DNA from: Planctomycetota bacterium
GTDB taxonomy: Bacteria > Planctomycetota > UBA11346
Assembly: GCA_025055595.1 (NCBI GenBank)
Contig: JANWWU010000066.1
Span: forward strand, 11,147-75,146
Direction: 5' to 3'
Length of the DNA: 64,000 bases
This document shows, one piece after another, positions 18,874 to 33,746 of this stretch. The first letter of the stretch is position 1. Each line of letters opens with the position of its first letter. The position numbers and the translations under genes were made by a program. The notes under the pieces are model-generated. The model was not told the origin of the DNA and searched no databases. It was given only the letters and a program-made list of their open reading frames with translations.

Positions 18874-19777
18874 GCTGCCGAGCAGCGCGCTCGAGGACTG
18901 GCGCTATGTCGACTGCCGGCCGCTCGCTGCGAGTCCGGCCTCCCAGGCCACTGTCCTCCCCGGCCGGCCCTGCGCCGCAGACGCTTTCCCGGAGCCCAGC
19001 GACGCGACGCACCGATGGGCCCTCGCCGGCGAGCGCCGCGCCGTGCAGCCGGACTGCGGGCAGCTGCTGCTCGAAGATCGCGGCGGCTGCTGGGCGCTGC
19101 TCGTCGAGCTGGCGCCGCGCCAGCGCCTGCGCCTCTGCGTCCGCCGCCACCCCGCCGCCGGACGCAGCGCCAGCTGGCTGCACTGCCGGCTCGCCGCCGG
19201 CTCCTGCCTCGAGATCCGCGACGAGCACGAGCAGCCGCTCGGCGTGCACCTCGCGGCGTGGAGCGTCGAGCTCGCGAGCGATGCGACCTGCGCGCTCGGC
19301 GTCGTGCAGCGCGGCGGGCTGCTGCAGCGCCAGCGCCTCGACGCGCAGCTGCTCGCGCCGGGAGCGGAGGCGCGCGTCGTGCGCCTCGCCGCGCTCGATG
19401 GCGCGCGCCAAGCCCATCTGCTGGCGCGGGTCACCCACGCCGTCGGCCCGACGCGCAGCCGCCAGCTCGCCAAGGCGGTGCTCGCCGACGCCGCGCGCTC
19501 GAGCTTCGACGGCCTGATCCGCGTGCTGCCCGGAGCCGACGGCAGCGACGCCCTGCAGCGCGACCATCACCTGCTGCTGTCGCCGCAGGCCCGCGCCGAC
19601 AGCCGGCCGCAGCTCGATGTCCGCGCCGACGAGGTGCAGGCGGCGCACGGCGCGACGATCGGCCGCCTCGACGCCGAGGAGCAGCTCTACCTGCGCCAGC
19701 GCGGGCTGCCGGTCGCCGAAGCCGAGCGTCTGCTCGTCGCCGCCTTCCTCGCCGAGGCCGAGGAGGCCCTGCCGTGA
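18854..19777 (+). CDS. sufD: Fe-S cluster assembly protein SufD (short form)
   Basis: EDWRY, SRQLAK.VL, FDGLI.V, LLLS..A.ADSRPQL.+.AD.V.A.HGATIG.LD.E..YL..RG. Confidence 0.88.
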   Translation: MSGSALELPSSALEDWRYVDCRPLAASPASQATVLPGRPCAADAFPEPSDATHRWALAGERRAVQPDCGQLLLEDRGGCWALLVELAPRQRLRLCVRRHPAAGRSASWLHCRLAAGSCLEIRDEHEQPLGVHLAAWSVELASDATCALGVVQRGGLLQRQRLDAQLLAPGAEARVVRLAALDGARQAHLLARVTHAVGPTRSRQLAKAVLADAARSSFDGLIRVLPGADGSDALQRDHHLLLSPQARADSRPQLDVRADEVQAAHGATIGRLDAEEQLYLRQRGLPVAEAERLLVAAFLAEAEEALP

Positions 19778-20982
19778 GCTTCGATCCCGAGGCGATCCGC
19801 AGCGAGTTCCCGGGCCTGGCCGAGCTGCGCGACGGCCGCCCCTACACCTACCTCGACAGCGCGGCGACGGCCCACAAGCCGCGCTGCGTCATCGAGCGCG
19901 TCGCGGAGCTGCTCGGCCCAGCCTACGGCACCGTGCACCGCGGCCTCTACCGCCGCGCGGCGCAGATGACCGAGCGCTACGAGCAGGCGCGGCGGACGGT
20001 CGCGCGCTTCCTCGACGCCGACCCCGGCGAGATCGTCTTCACCGCCGGCTGCACCGACGCCCTCAACCTCGTCGCGCACGGCTGGGGCCGCGCCCACCTC
20101 AGGCCGGGCGACCGCATCCTGGTCAGCGGCATGGAGCACCACGCCGGGCTCGTCTCCTGGCACACCGCCGGCTTCAAGCCCGAGCCGATCCCGCTGCGCG
20201 ACGATGGCAGCCTCGATCTCGAAGCCTACGACCGCCTGCTCGCCGCCGGCGGCGTCAAGCTCGTCGGCTGCGTGCACATCTCGAACGCGCTCGGCACGAT
20301 CAACCCCGTCGCCGAGCTGGCGCGCCGCGCCCACGCCGCCGGCGCGCTGTTCTGCCTCGATGCCGCGCAGAGCGCGCCGCATCTGCCGCTGTCGGTGCGC
20401 GCGCTCGGCTGCGACTTCCTCGCCTTCGCCGGCCACAAGGTCTATGGCCCGACCGGGATCGGCGTGCTGTGGGCGCGCCGCGAGCTCCTCGAGGCGATGC
20501 CGCCCTGGCGCGGCGGCGGCGAGATGATCGAGCGCGTGTCCTTCGCCGGCACGACCTATGCCGCGCCGCCGGCGCGCTTCGAGGCCGGCACCCCGCCCTT
20601 CGTCGAGGCGATCGGGCTGGCGACGGCGCTGGAGTGGCTGATGGCCCAGGATCGCGCGGCGATCCTCGCCCACGAGCGCGCGATCTACGACTACGCCGAA
20701 CGCCGCCTCGCCGAGGTCCCCGGCCTGCGGCGCATCGGCACCGCGCCCGAGCGCGGCGGCGCGCTGTCGTTCGTCCTCGCCTGCGCGCACCCCGCCGACA
20801 TCGCCGCCGTCCTCGACGCGCAGCACATCGCGATCCGCGCCGGGCACCACTGCGCGCAGCCGGTGATGGAGCGCTTCCGCGTCAGCGCGACGGCGCGCGC
20901 CTCGATCGCGCTGTACACGACGCGCGCCGACATCGACCGCCTGCACGACGGGCTCCAGACCTGCGTCCGCCTCTTCGGGTGA
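19774..20982 (+). CDS. sufS: Cysteine desulfurase SufS (group II)
   Basis: YLDSAAT.HKP, VHRG, MEHH, DAAQ, GHKVYGPTGIG, FEAGTP, RAGHHCA. Confidence 0.95.
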   Translation: MSFDPEAIRSEFPGLAELRDGRPYTYLDSAATAHKPRCVIERVAELLGPAYGTVHRGLYRRAAQMTERYEQARRTVARFLDADPGEIVFTAGCTDALNLVAHGWGRAHLRPGDRILVSGMEHHAGLVSWHTAGFKPEPIPLRDDGSLDLEAYDRLLAAGGVKLVGCVHISNALGTINPVAELARRAHAAGALFCLDAAQSAPHLPLSVRALGCDFLAFAGHKVYGPTGIGVLWARRELLEAMPPWRGGGEMIERVSFAGTTYAAPPARFEAGTPPFVEAIGLATALEWLMAQDRAAILAHERAIYDYAERRLAEVPGLRRIGTAPERGGALSFVLACAHPADIAAVLDAQHIAIRAGHHCAQPVMERFRVSATARASIALYTTRADIDRLHDGLQTCVRLFG

Positions 20983-20985
20983 GCG

Positions 20986-21819
20986 ATGCTGCGGCTCGCG
21001 CGCCAGGGCCTGGGCATCCGCGAACAGGTCGTCGCCGATCCCGGCAGCAGCCTGCGCTCGCTGGTCAACTGCGGCGATCACTGGCCGTTCACCTGGCACT
21101 ACCACCCCGAGCTCGAGCTGACCGCGGTCGAGCGCGGGCAGGGCGTGCGCGCGGTCGGCGACAGCATCGCCCCCTTCGCCGCCGGCGATGTCGTGCTGAT
21201 CGGCAGCGCGGTGCCGCACAGCTGGGCCAGCGAGCCCGGCCTGCCCGGCGGCGTGCAGGCGGTCGTCGTCCAGTTCCCGGCCGAGCTGCTGGCGGCGACC
21301 GCGGAGGCCGCGCGGCTGCGCCAGCTCGCCGAGCGCGCGTGCCTCGGACTGTGCGGGCCGCCGACGGCGGTCGCCCTGGTCCGCGCCATCCACGAGGCGC
21401 GCGCGCCGCTGCGCCGCCTCGCCCGCCTGCTCGAGGTCCTGGCGGAAGCCGAGCAGTGGACGCCGCTGATGCGTCCGGTCGCGCGCCGCCACCACCGCGA
21501 TCCGCGCCTGCAGCGCGCGCTCGCCTGGCTGGACCAGCACGCGCGCGAGCCGCTGCGCCTCGGCGAGCTGGCGTCCCGCGTCGCGATGCGGCCGCCGGCC
21601 CTGTCGCGCGCCTTCCGCACCGCGTACGGGATCACGCCCTCCGAGTACGTCGCGCGGCTGCGCATCGGCCTGTGCTGCCGCGAGCTCGCCGAGAGCGACG
21701 CGGAAGTGGCGGCGATCGCCTTCGCCAACGGCTTCGGCAGCCTGGCGAGCTTCCATCGCTGGTTCCGCCGCCTGACCGGCAGCTCGCCGGAGCTGTGGCG
21801 GCGCCGCCTGCGGGGCTGA
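20986..21819 (+). CDS. AraC-family transcriptional regulator with cupin domain
   Basis: WHYHPELEL, VGDSI, PHSW, C-terminal double HTH with IAF..GF.SLASFHR.F+. Confidence 0.9.
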   Translation: MLRLARQGLGIREQVVADPGSSLRSLVNCGDHWPFTWHYHPELELTAVERGQGVRAVGDSIAPFAAGDVVLIGSAVPHSWASEPGLPGGVQAVVVQFPAELLAATAEAARLRQLAERACLGLCGPPTAVALVRAIHEARAPLRRLARLLEVLAEAEQWTPLMRPVARRHHRDPRLQRALAWLDQHAREPLRLGELASRVAMRPPALSRAFRTAYGITPSEYVARLRIGLCCRELAESDAEVAAIAFANGFGSLASFHRWFRRLTGSSPELWRRRLRG

Positions 21820-21820
21820 G

Positions 21821-22792
21821 ATGGGCGCCGCCCATGCCTGCGCCTACCGGCGGGTGGCGATCGCCGCCTGGGCGGCGCTGAGCGCCGCCGGCGACGCGCA
21901 CGCTACCTGGCAGGCGATCTGCGAGCAGCGCCGCTGCCTCGCGCTCGACCCGGAGTGGGGCTGGGTCGGGCGCTGCGCGGCCGGCGATCAGGAGGAGCTG
22001 GCGCTCGCGGTGTGCCGTCGGCTGCCGCGCCCGCAAGCCCCGCTCGCCTTCGGCATGGCGACGAGCAAAGGCACGCTCGCGCAGCATGCCGCTGCCGCCG
22101 GTCCCCCCTGGCTCGCCGCCTGGCCCGGGGCGGCCTCGGCGCGCCTCGCCGCCCGCCTGCAGCTCGGCCTCCACCTGCCGGTGTGCTGCGTCGCCGCCTG
22201 CTCGACCGCCCTGGCGACCCTGCTGGCCGGGGCCGACGCGCTCGAGCGCGGGCAGGCGGCGCAGGCCCTGGTCGGGGCCGCCGAGGCCTCCTTGACGCCG
22301 CTGATCCTCGCCGGCTTCCGCAACGCCGGCGTCCTGTGCGGTGCGACTTTGCCGCAGGCTTTCGCCGCCCCGACCGGCTTCGCGCCGGCCGAGGGCGCCG
22401 CCGCCTTCCTGCTCGCCGAGCGCGGGCCCTGGCGCCTGCTCGCCGGGGTGCGGCTCGGCGACGCCGAGCACGAGACCCACTGCCTCGATCCGCTCAGCCT
22501 CGGCTGCGCCCTGGAGGCGCTGTGGGACCTCGCTCCCCGCCCCGAGCTGATCGTCTGCCACGCCACCGGCACCGCCCACGGCGATGCCTACGAGGGCGCT
22601 GCCCTGGCGCGCGGGCCCTGGGCGGCGGTGCCGCGGCTCTGCGCCAAGCCCTGGATCGGCCACACGCTGGGGGCCAGCGGCGGCGTCGAGCTGGCGGCCG
22701 CCCTGCAGGCCCCCTGCCAGCGGCTGTGGAAGCTCTCGCTCGGGTTCGGCGGGCACATCGTCGCCCTCGCGGTCGAACGCATGCTCCGGTAA
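21821..22792 (+). CDS. Compact beta-ketoacyl synthase (FabF/FabB-like)
   Basis: AACSTA (catalytic Cys), GF.PAEGAA, HATGT (His), K..IGHTLGASG (His), SLGFGG. Confidence 0.75.
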   Translation: MGAAHACAYRRVAIAAWAALSAAGDAHATWQAICEQRRCLALDPEWGWVGRCAAGDQEELALAVCRRLPRPQAPLAFGMATSKGTLAQHAAAAGPPWLAAWPGAASARLAARLQLGLHLPVCCVAACSTALATLLAGADALERGQAAQALVGAAEASLTPLILAGFRNAGVLCGATLPQAFAAPTGFAPAEGAAAFLLAERGPWRLLAGVRLGDAEHETHCLDPLSLGCALEALWDLAPRPELIVCHATGTAHGDAYEGAALARGPWAAVPRLCAKPWIGHTLGASGGVELAAALQAPCQRLWKLSLGFGGHIVALAVERMLR

Positions 22793-22800
22793 GTTTGCCG
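22787..22800. promoter_or_regulatory. Imperfect palindrome CGGTAA-gt-TTGCCG (second candidate operator)
   Basis: Shares CGGnAA/TTGCCG half-sites with the palindrome at 22851. Confidence 0.35.
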
Positions 22801-22810
22801 ATCTTCGCCG

Positions 22811-22838
22811 TTGACAGTCCCGAAATCATCGACAAGGT
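22811..22838 (+). promoter_or_regulatory. Putative sigma70 promoter of nrpR-gltBD
   Basis: Perfect TTGACA 22811-22816, 16 nt spacer, CAAGGT 22833-22838, in an AT-richer patch. Confidence 0.5.
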
Positions 22839-22850
22839 ACGCGCCCGATC

Positions 22851-22865
22851 CGGCAATCATTGCCG
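22851..22865. promoter_or_regulatory. Perfect palindrome CGGCAAT-C-ATTGCCG (candidate NrpR operator)
   Basis: 7-bp perfect arms just downstream of the putative promoter, overlapping the possible nrpR start. Confidence 0.5.
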
Positions 22866-23936
22866 CTCCCCGTGGTCAGCGCTGCCCAGCCCCAACTTGC
22901 CAGACCCCGCTCCCCGGCGCGGCGCGCGCGCTGGGCGCCGATCCTTGCGGCCTTGCGCGACCAGCCCTGGCGCGAGCTGCTTGCAGCCAGCGAGCTGCTC
23001 GAGGCGCTCGCCGCCCAGGGCCTGGAGCTCAGCGAGCGCACGCTGCGCCTGCACTGCGCGGAGCTCGGCGCCGCGGGCCTGATCGAGCGCGTCGGCAAGC
23101 GCGGCTACCGCCTGACGCCCGCCGGCCTCGAGGCGGCGCGCGCGCTCGCCGTCCAGCGCCGGCTCGGCACGGTCGCGGCGCGGATGGAGAGCATGGTCTG
23201 CCAGCTGACCTTCGATCCCCGCCGCCGGCAGGGCCTGGCCTCGATCAATGCCTGCGTCGTCCGCCGCTCGCTGCTGCCGACCCTGCTCGCCGACCTCGAG
23301 GCGGTGTACGAGAGCGGGCTGGCGGTCGGCGACCGCGTGCTGATCGCCGAGCCCGGCAGCGAGGTGCTCGGGCGACGGGTCCCGGAGACCTGCGTCGGGA
23401 TCGGCACCGTCTGCTCGCTGACCATCGCCGCCACCCTGCTCGCCGGCGGGGTGCCGACGCAGCTGGTCGGCGGGGCCCTGCTCGGCATCGTCGAGCGCCG
23501 CCCCGCGCATCTGCTCGAGCTCGTCCGCTACGACGCCAGCTCGCTCTCGCCCAACGAGCTGTTCATCCGCGCTCGCCTGACCAGCGTGATCGACGCCGCG
23601 CGCTGCGGCGAGGGCCGGATCACCGCCAGCCTGCGCGAGCTGCCGATGTCGGCCCTGCCGCGGCTCGACGAGGCGCTCGCCGCCTGCCGCGAGGCCGGTT
23701 TGCACGGCGTGCTCGCCGTCGGCAAGCCCGGGCAGACCCTGCTCAACGCCCCGCTCGGCGAAGGCCGGGTCGGCCTGCTGCTCGCCACCGGCCTCAATCC
23801 GCTGGCCGGCCTCTGGGAGCGGCACCTCGTCTCCGCCAGCGATCCCGACACCGCCAGCCCGATGGTCGGGCCGGCGGAGTGGCAGTCGCTGATCCCGGTG
23901 CGCGAGCTGCGCGCCCGCCTCGCCCGTTTCCTGTAG
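22860..23936 (+). CDS. nrpR: NrpR-family nitrogen repressor (wHTH + single NRD/DUF128 domain)
   Basis: ILAAL...[12 protein letters not shown]...L...GL..+VG..G..LT..G (NrpR wHTH); TFDP...G...[16 protein letters not shown]....GLNPLA; immediately upstream of gltB. Start uncertain (TTG 22860 or GTG 22872). Confidence 0.8.
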   Translation: MPLPVVSAAQPQLARPRSPARRARWAPILAALRDQPWRELLAASELLEALAAQGLELSERTLRLHCAELGAAGLIERVGKRGYRLTPAGLEAARALAVQRRLGTVAARMESMVCQLTFDPRRRQGLASINACVVRRSLLPTLLADLEAVYESGLAVGDRVLIAEPGSEVLGRRVPETCVGIGTVCSLTIAATLLAGGVPTQLVGGALLGIVERRPAHLLELVRYDASSLSPNELFIRARLTSVIDAARCGEGRITASLRELPMSALPRLDEALAACREAGLHGVLAVGKPGQTLLNAPLGEGRVGLLLATGLNPLAGLWERHLVSASDPDTASPMVGPAEWQSLIPVRELRARLARFL

Positions 23937-23943
23937 GAAGTCC

Positions 23944-28494
<4,551 letters not shown>

Positions 28495-28515
28495 ACCCTC
28501 TGCCAAGGAAGCGCC

Positions 28516-29997
<1,482 letters not shown>

Positions 29998-30903
29998 TCA
30001 CGGGCCGCGGCGCGGGCCGAGCCGGACGAGTTCGTCGCGCCAGGCCGCGGCCTGGCCCTCGCCGATCTGATAGAGCCAGCGCCGGGCGTCGGCGCCGTAG
30101 CCGGCGGTCGGCGCCAGCCAGCGGTGGCGCGCGCACCACCAGCGGTTGAACAGGTGCATGTGCAGCTCGCGCGCGTACTTGGCGATGCAGGAAGCGAGCG
30201 CGGGCAGCGGCCAGCGGCGGTCGGCGCCGACCGCGATCAGCACCTCGCTGGCCGCGACGCGGTAGCGGCGGGCGGCGCGCGCGGCGTCGACGAGCTGCAC
30301 CGCCGCTCCCGGCCAGATGCCGGACAGCCAGGGGCCGTAGTCGAGGCGCCCGCCGAGACGATCGATGACGATGCGTGTCGGTCGTCGCGGATCGGGCGCG
30401 AGCTCGCCGAGCACGGCGCCGACGGCGGCGAGCAGGCAGGCCGCGCGGTTGCGGCCGGCGGCCCGCGCCTCATTGAGCGCGCGCGGGTGCAGGATGCGCG
30501 CGCGCAGGCCGGCCGGGCTCAGGCCCGGCAGCCGCCAGGACGGCAGCGCGCGCGCCGCCAGCGGCACGCGCAGCTGCTCGGCGCCCTGCTGCCAGGGCGC
30601 CGAGCGCTGGTCGGCGGACTCGCCGCACAGCGCCAGCACATCGGCCGCGGTGTCGGGCTGGAAGCCGCTGAGCCAGGCGAGCGCCGGCAGGGCGACGCGC
30701 TCGAGCGGCGCGAGGTCGCCGGGACGATGCACGGCCTTGCTGTCGGCGACCCCGCAGCCGGCGAGCGCGGCGAGCGCCGCCTCGTCGTCGGCCGCGACCG
30801 CGACCGCGCAGACCACCAGCGGACCGAGCAGCGGACCGTAGCCGGCTTCGTCGACGCCGAGCTGCCGCTCAGCGCTTGGGCTCGGGGGGCAGGACGAAGT
30901 CAT
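29998..30903 (-). CDS. RNase HII-like protein (DEAGYGP variant)
   Basis: GVDEAGYGPLLGPLVV, VADSK, IDRLGGR, GAD, ALASCIAKY.RE, PTAGY. Confidence 0.75.
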   Translation of the reverse strand: MTSSCPPSPSAERQLGVDEAGYGPLLGPLVVCAVAVAADDEAALAALAGCGVADSKAVHRPGDLAPLERVALPALAWLSGFQPDTAADVLALCGESADQRSAPWQQGAEQLRVPLAARALPSWRLPGLSPAGLRARILHPRALNEARAAGRNRAACLLAAVGAVLGELAPDPRRPTRIVIDRLGGRLDYGPWLSGIWPGAAVQLVDAARAARRYRVAASEVLIAVGADRRWPLPALASCIAKYARELHMHLFNRWWCARHRWLAPTAGYGADARRWLYQIGEGQAAAWRDELVRLGPRRGP

Positions 30904-31990
30904 CGGCGGCGAGCAGGCCCTGCACCCAGGAGACGAAGGCCGCGAAGGGGTAGGCGAGGCAGGCGATCGCCGTCTCCTCGGTCACCGGCAGCGGCGGGAA
31001 GCGGTCGCGCGCCAGCCGCGACAGCCGCTCGCGCATGCGCAGGCCGGCGAAGGCCTCGCGGTAGGGCGCCTGCTGCGCCGCGACCGCGACGCGGGCGTAG
31101 ATCTCGTGCAGCTGGATCAGCTTCTGCCACAGGCGGGCGATGCGAAAGCGCTTCTGCTCCGGGGTCTGGCCCTGCAGGAAGAGAAAGAGCTGCGGGGTCT
31201 CCTCCATCGCCGCCAGCCAGTGGTAGAGCGTCGGGTAGGCTTGGCCCTCCCGCGGATCGAACTCGTCGACCGCCATGTAGACGAGGAACACCTGCTTGTA
31301 GAAGCGCGCGCGGACGCGCTCGGCGAGCAGCGCCGCGAGCGCGGCCGCGCGCTCGCTCTCCGGCAGCGCCGCCAGCGAGCGCTCGGCCTCCGCGCCGAGG
31401 CGCGGGATGGCGACGGCATCGTGCCAGGTCGCATCGGCCTGCCGCTGGCGCAGGCGCTCGCGCAGCTCCTGGCAGCGCGCGGCGAAGCTCGCCGTCCACA
31501 CCAGGCTCTCGGCGAGCCGCGGCTCGCCGAAGGGCGGCAGCGGCCGCGCCAGCCGCGCCACGGCCTGGCAGGGCAGGGCGCGCAGCGCGTCGATGCCCAG
31601 CGTTTCGCCGAGGCGCTCCTGCAGCTGGCGGCGCAGCGTGCGGTACACCGCGATCGCATGGAGCTGCGCCTCGGCGACGCCGAGCCCGCTCTCGTCCCGC
31701 AGCAGGCACAGCTCGTCGATCAGCGCGGCGCGCACCGCGGCCTCGCGGTAGTGCTCGTCCTCGGCCAAGGCCGCAAGCAGCCGCTGCTGCAGGCGGCGCG
31801 CGCCCTCGTCCTCGAGCTCCGCAAGCAGCGCCGCCAGCCGGCCCTGAGCCGGCTGCTCGGCGAGCAGGCCGTCGCCGATCCCGCCCTCCGCCTCCTCGAT
31901 CAGCGCGCGATGGCGCGCGATCACGATCGGCCGCCGCGCCTCGGCGATGATCGCGGCATCGCTCGCTGCCTCGTCCGCTGCCTCGGCCAT
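30869..31990 (-). CDS. Hypothetical helical protein (373 aa)
   Basis: Protein-like composition, GATAGT hexamer 6 nt upstream of ATG, overlaps downstream rnh-like gene; no family recognised. Confidence 0.7.
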   Translation of the reverse strand: MAEAADEAASDAAIIAEARRPIVIARHRALIEEAEGGIGDGLLAEQPAQGRLAALLAELEDEGARRLQQRLLAALAEDEHYREAAVRAALIDELCLLRDESGLGVAEAQLHAIAVYRTLRRQLQERLGETLGIDALRALPCQAVARLARPLPPFGEPRLAESLVWTASFAARCQELRERLRQRQADATWHDAVAIPRLGAEAERSLAALPESERAAALAALLAERVRARFYKQVFLVYMAVDEFDPREGQAYPTLYHWLAAMEETPQLFLFLQGQTPEQKRFRIARLWQKLIQLHEIYARVAVAAQQAPYREAFAGLRMRERLSRLARDRFPPLPVTEETAIACLAYPFAAFVSWVQGLLAADDFVLPPEPKR

Positions 31991-31996
31991 GCGGCG

Positions 31997-32002
31997 ACTA
32001 TC
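31997..32002 (-). promoter_or_regulatory. -10-like hexamer GATAGT, 6 nt upstream of ATG 31990
   Basis: GATAGT-cgccgc-ATG. Confidence 0.45.
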
Positions 32003-32035
32003 GCGCGGCGCGGGCGGGCGCCAGCGCCGTCCGCC

Positions 32036-32290
32036 TCAGGCGCGCTCGTACTTGATGACCTCGACCGGGCAGCCCTCGGCGGCCTCGATGATCTGCTCCT
32101 CGAGGGTCGCGCCGTAGTCGTCGGCGAGCGGCGCGCGCGCGTCCCGATTGGTGTCCTCCTTGCCGTCCGCCCGCACCGCGGCGCGGATGTGGCAGGTGTC
32201 CTCGGTGACATGGAAGACCTCGGGGCAGGCGGTCTCGCAGGCGTTGCAGACGATGCAGCCGTCCTCGATCCACACGCGGGCGATGGGCAT
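32036..32290 (-). CDS. Monocluster [4Fe-4S] ferredoxin
   Basis: VWIEDGCIVCNACETACPEVF...AAEGCPVEVI; GGAGG SD before ATG 32290. Confidence 0.9.
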   Translation of the reverse strand: MPIARVWIEDGCIVCNACETACPEVFHVTEDTCHIRAAVRADGKEDTNRDARAPLADDYGATLEEQIIEAAEGCPVEVIKYERA

Positions 32291-32399
32291 GACGACCTCC
32301 GTCGGGCGTCGTATCGCTGCCGCCGCAGGGCCAAAGGCTTTTCGCGTGCGGCGCACGCGGTCTTCCCTTTCGGTCAGGCGCGCCAACCTGCCGCAGTCC

Positions 32400-33695
32400 A
32401 TGAGCCGCATCGACCTCGAGCCGGTCAAGGGCACGCGCGACTTCTATCCCGAGGACCTGCGCTTCCGCAGCTGGCTGTTCGGGCACATGCGCGCCGTCGC
32501 CACCGCCTTCGGCTACGAGGAGTACGACGCCTGCGTCCTCGAGCACGCAGCGCTCTACATCCGCAAGGCCGGCGACGAGGTGACGCGGCAGCTCTACGAG
32601 TTCATGGACAAGGGCGGGCGCCATGTCGCGCTGCGCCCGGAGCTGACGCCGTCGCTGGCGCGGATGGTGATGGCGCGCGGCGCCGCGCTCGCCCTGCCGC
32701 TGCGCTGGTTCGCCATTCCGCAGTGCTTCCGCTACGAAGAGACGCAGCGCGGGCGCAAGCGCGAGCACTTCCAGTGGAACATGGATGTCATCGGGCTGGC
32801 GAGCGTCGCCGCCGAGGCCGAGCTGATGGCGGCCCAAGCCGAGCTGTGCCGCCGCGTCGGCCTGCGCCTCGACGGCCCCGAGCCCGAGGCGCTGTGGCGG
32901 GTCTCCGACCGCCGCCTGCTCGCCGACGCCCTCGCCGGGCTCGGGCTCGACGAGGAGCGCGCCGCCGCGGTCTGCGTGCTGATCGACAAGCGCGGCAAGA
33001 TCGGCGACGAGGAGCTGCTCGCCGCGCTCGGCGAGCTCGGCGTCGACCGCGAGGCGTCGCGGCGGCTGTTCGCGCTGCTCGAGGTCCGCGGCCTCGAGCA
33101 GCTCGGCGCGCTGCTGCCGGCCGAGCATCCCGGGCTGCGCGCGCTGCGCGAGCTGCTGGCGCTGGCCGAGAGCCACGGCATCGCCCACCTCATCCGCATC
33201 GACCTCTCGGTGGTCCGCGGGCTCTCCTACTACACCGGCATCGTCTGGGAGGTGTTCGCCGCCGCCGGCACCTTCCGCCGCGCGATCGCCGGCGGCGGGC
33301 GCTACGACCGCCTGTGCGCGCAGCTCGGCGGCGAGGCGGTGCCGATGGCCGGCTTCGGCTTCGGCGACATCCCGATCCAGGAGGTGCTGGCCGAGCTCGG
33401 GCGCCTGCCGCCGCTGCCGCGCACGCTCGACGCCGTCGTCTATCCGATGGACGGCGCGCTGATCCCGCTCGCCAACCGCCTGGCGGCGCGCCTGCGCGCC
33501 CAGGGGCAGAGCGTCGCCGTCGACTACACGCTGCGGCGCTTCAAGCACGTCGTCCAGCGCGCCGAGAGCGACGGCGCGCAGGCGCTCTACATCCTCGGCA
33601 GCGACGAGGTCGCGCGCGGCGTCTGCAAGCGGCGCCGCCTCGGCGGCGCGCGCCAGGAGGACGACATCCCGCTGGCCGCCTTCGGCATCGCTTAG
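32400..33695 (+). CDS. hisS: Histidine--tRNA ligase
   Basis: KGTRDFYP, LRPELTP, FRYE..QRGR.REH.QWNMD, VVRGLSYYTG, GGGRYD, GFGFGD. Confidence 0.96.
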   Translation: MSRIDLEPVKGTRDFYPEDLRFRSWLFGHMRAVATAFGYEEYDACVLEHAALYIRKAGDEVTRQLYEFMDKGGRHVALRPELTPSLARMVMARGAALALPLRWFAIPQCFRYEETQRGRKREHFQWNMDVIGLASVAAEAELMAAQAELCRRVGLRLDGPEPEALWRVSDRRLLADALAGLGLDEERAAAVCVLIDKRGKIGDEELLAALGELGVDREASRRLFALLEVRGLEQLGALLPAEHPGLRALRELLALAESHGIAHLIRIDLSVVRGLSYYTGIVWEVFAAAGTFRRAIAGGGRYDRLCAQLGGEAVPMAGFGFGDIPIQEVLAELGRLPPLPRTLDAVVYPMDGALIPLANRLAARLRAQGQSVAVDYTLRRFKHVVQRAESDGAQALYILGSDEVARGVCKRRRLGGARQEDDIPLAAFGIA

Positions 33696-33733
33696 CAGGC
33701 TTCGGGCGCCGTTGTCCTGCTCTTCCGCGCCAG

Positions 33734-33739
33734 TACCGT
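33734..33739 (+). promoter_or_regulatory. -10-like hexamer TACCGT, 7 nt upstream of ATG 33747
   Basis: TACCGT-cacgagc-ATG. Confidence 0.5.
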
Positions 33740-33746
33740 CACGAGC

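Noticed and set aside
20986..22792. Type II PKS / aryl polyene biosynthetic cluster
   Set aside because: No ACP, CLF, reductase or dehydratase nearby; only a lone KS.
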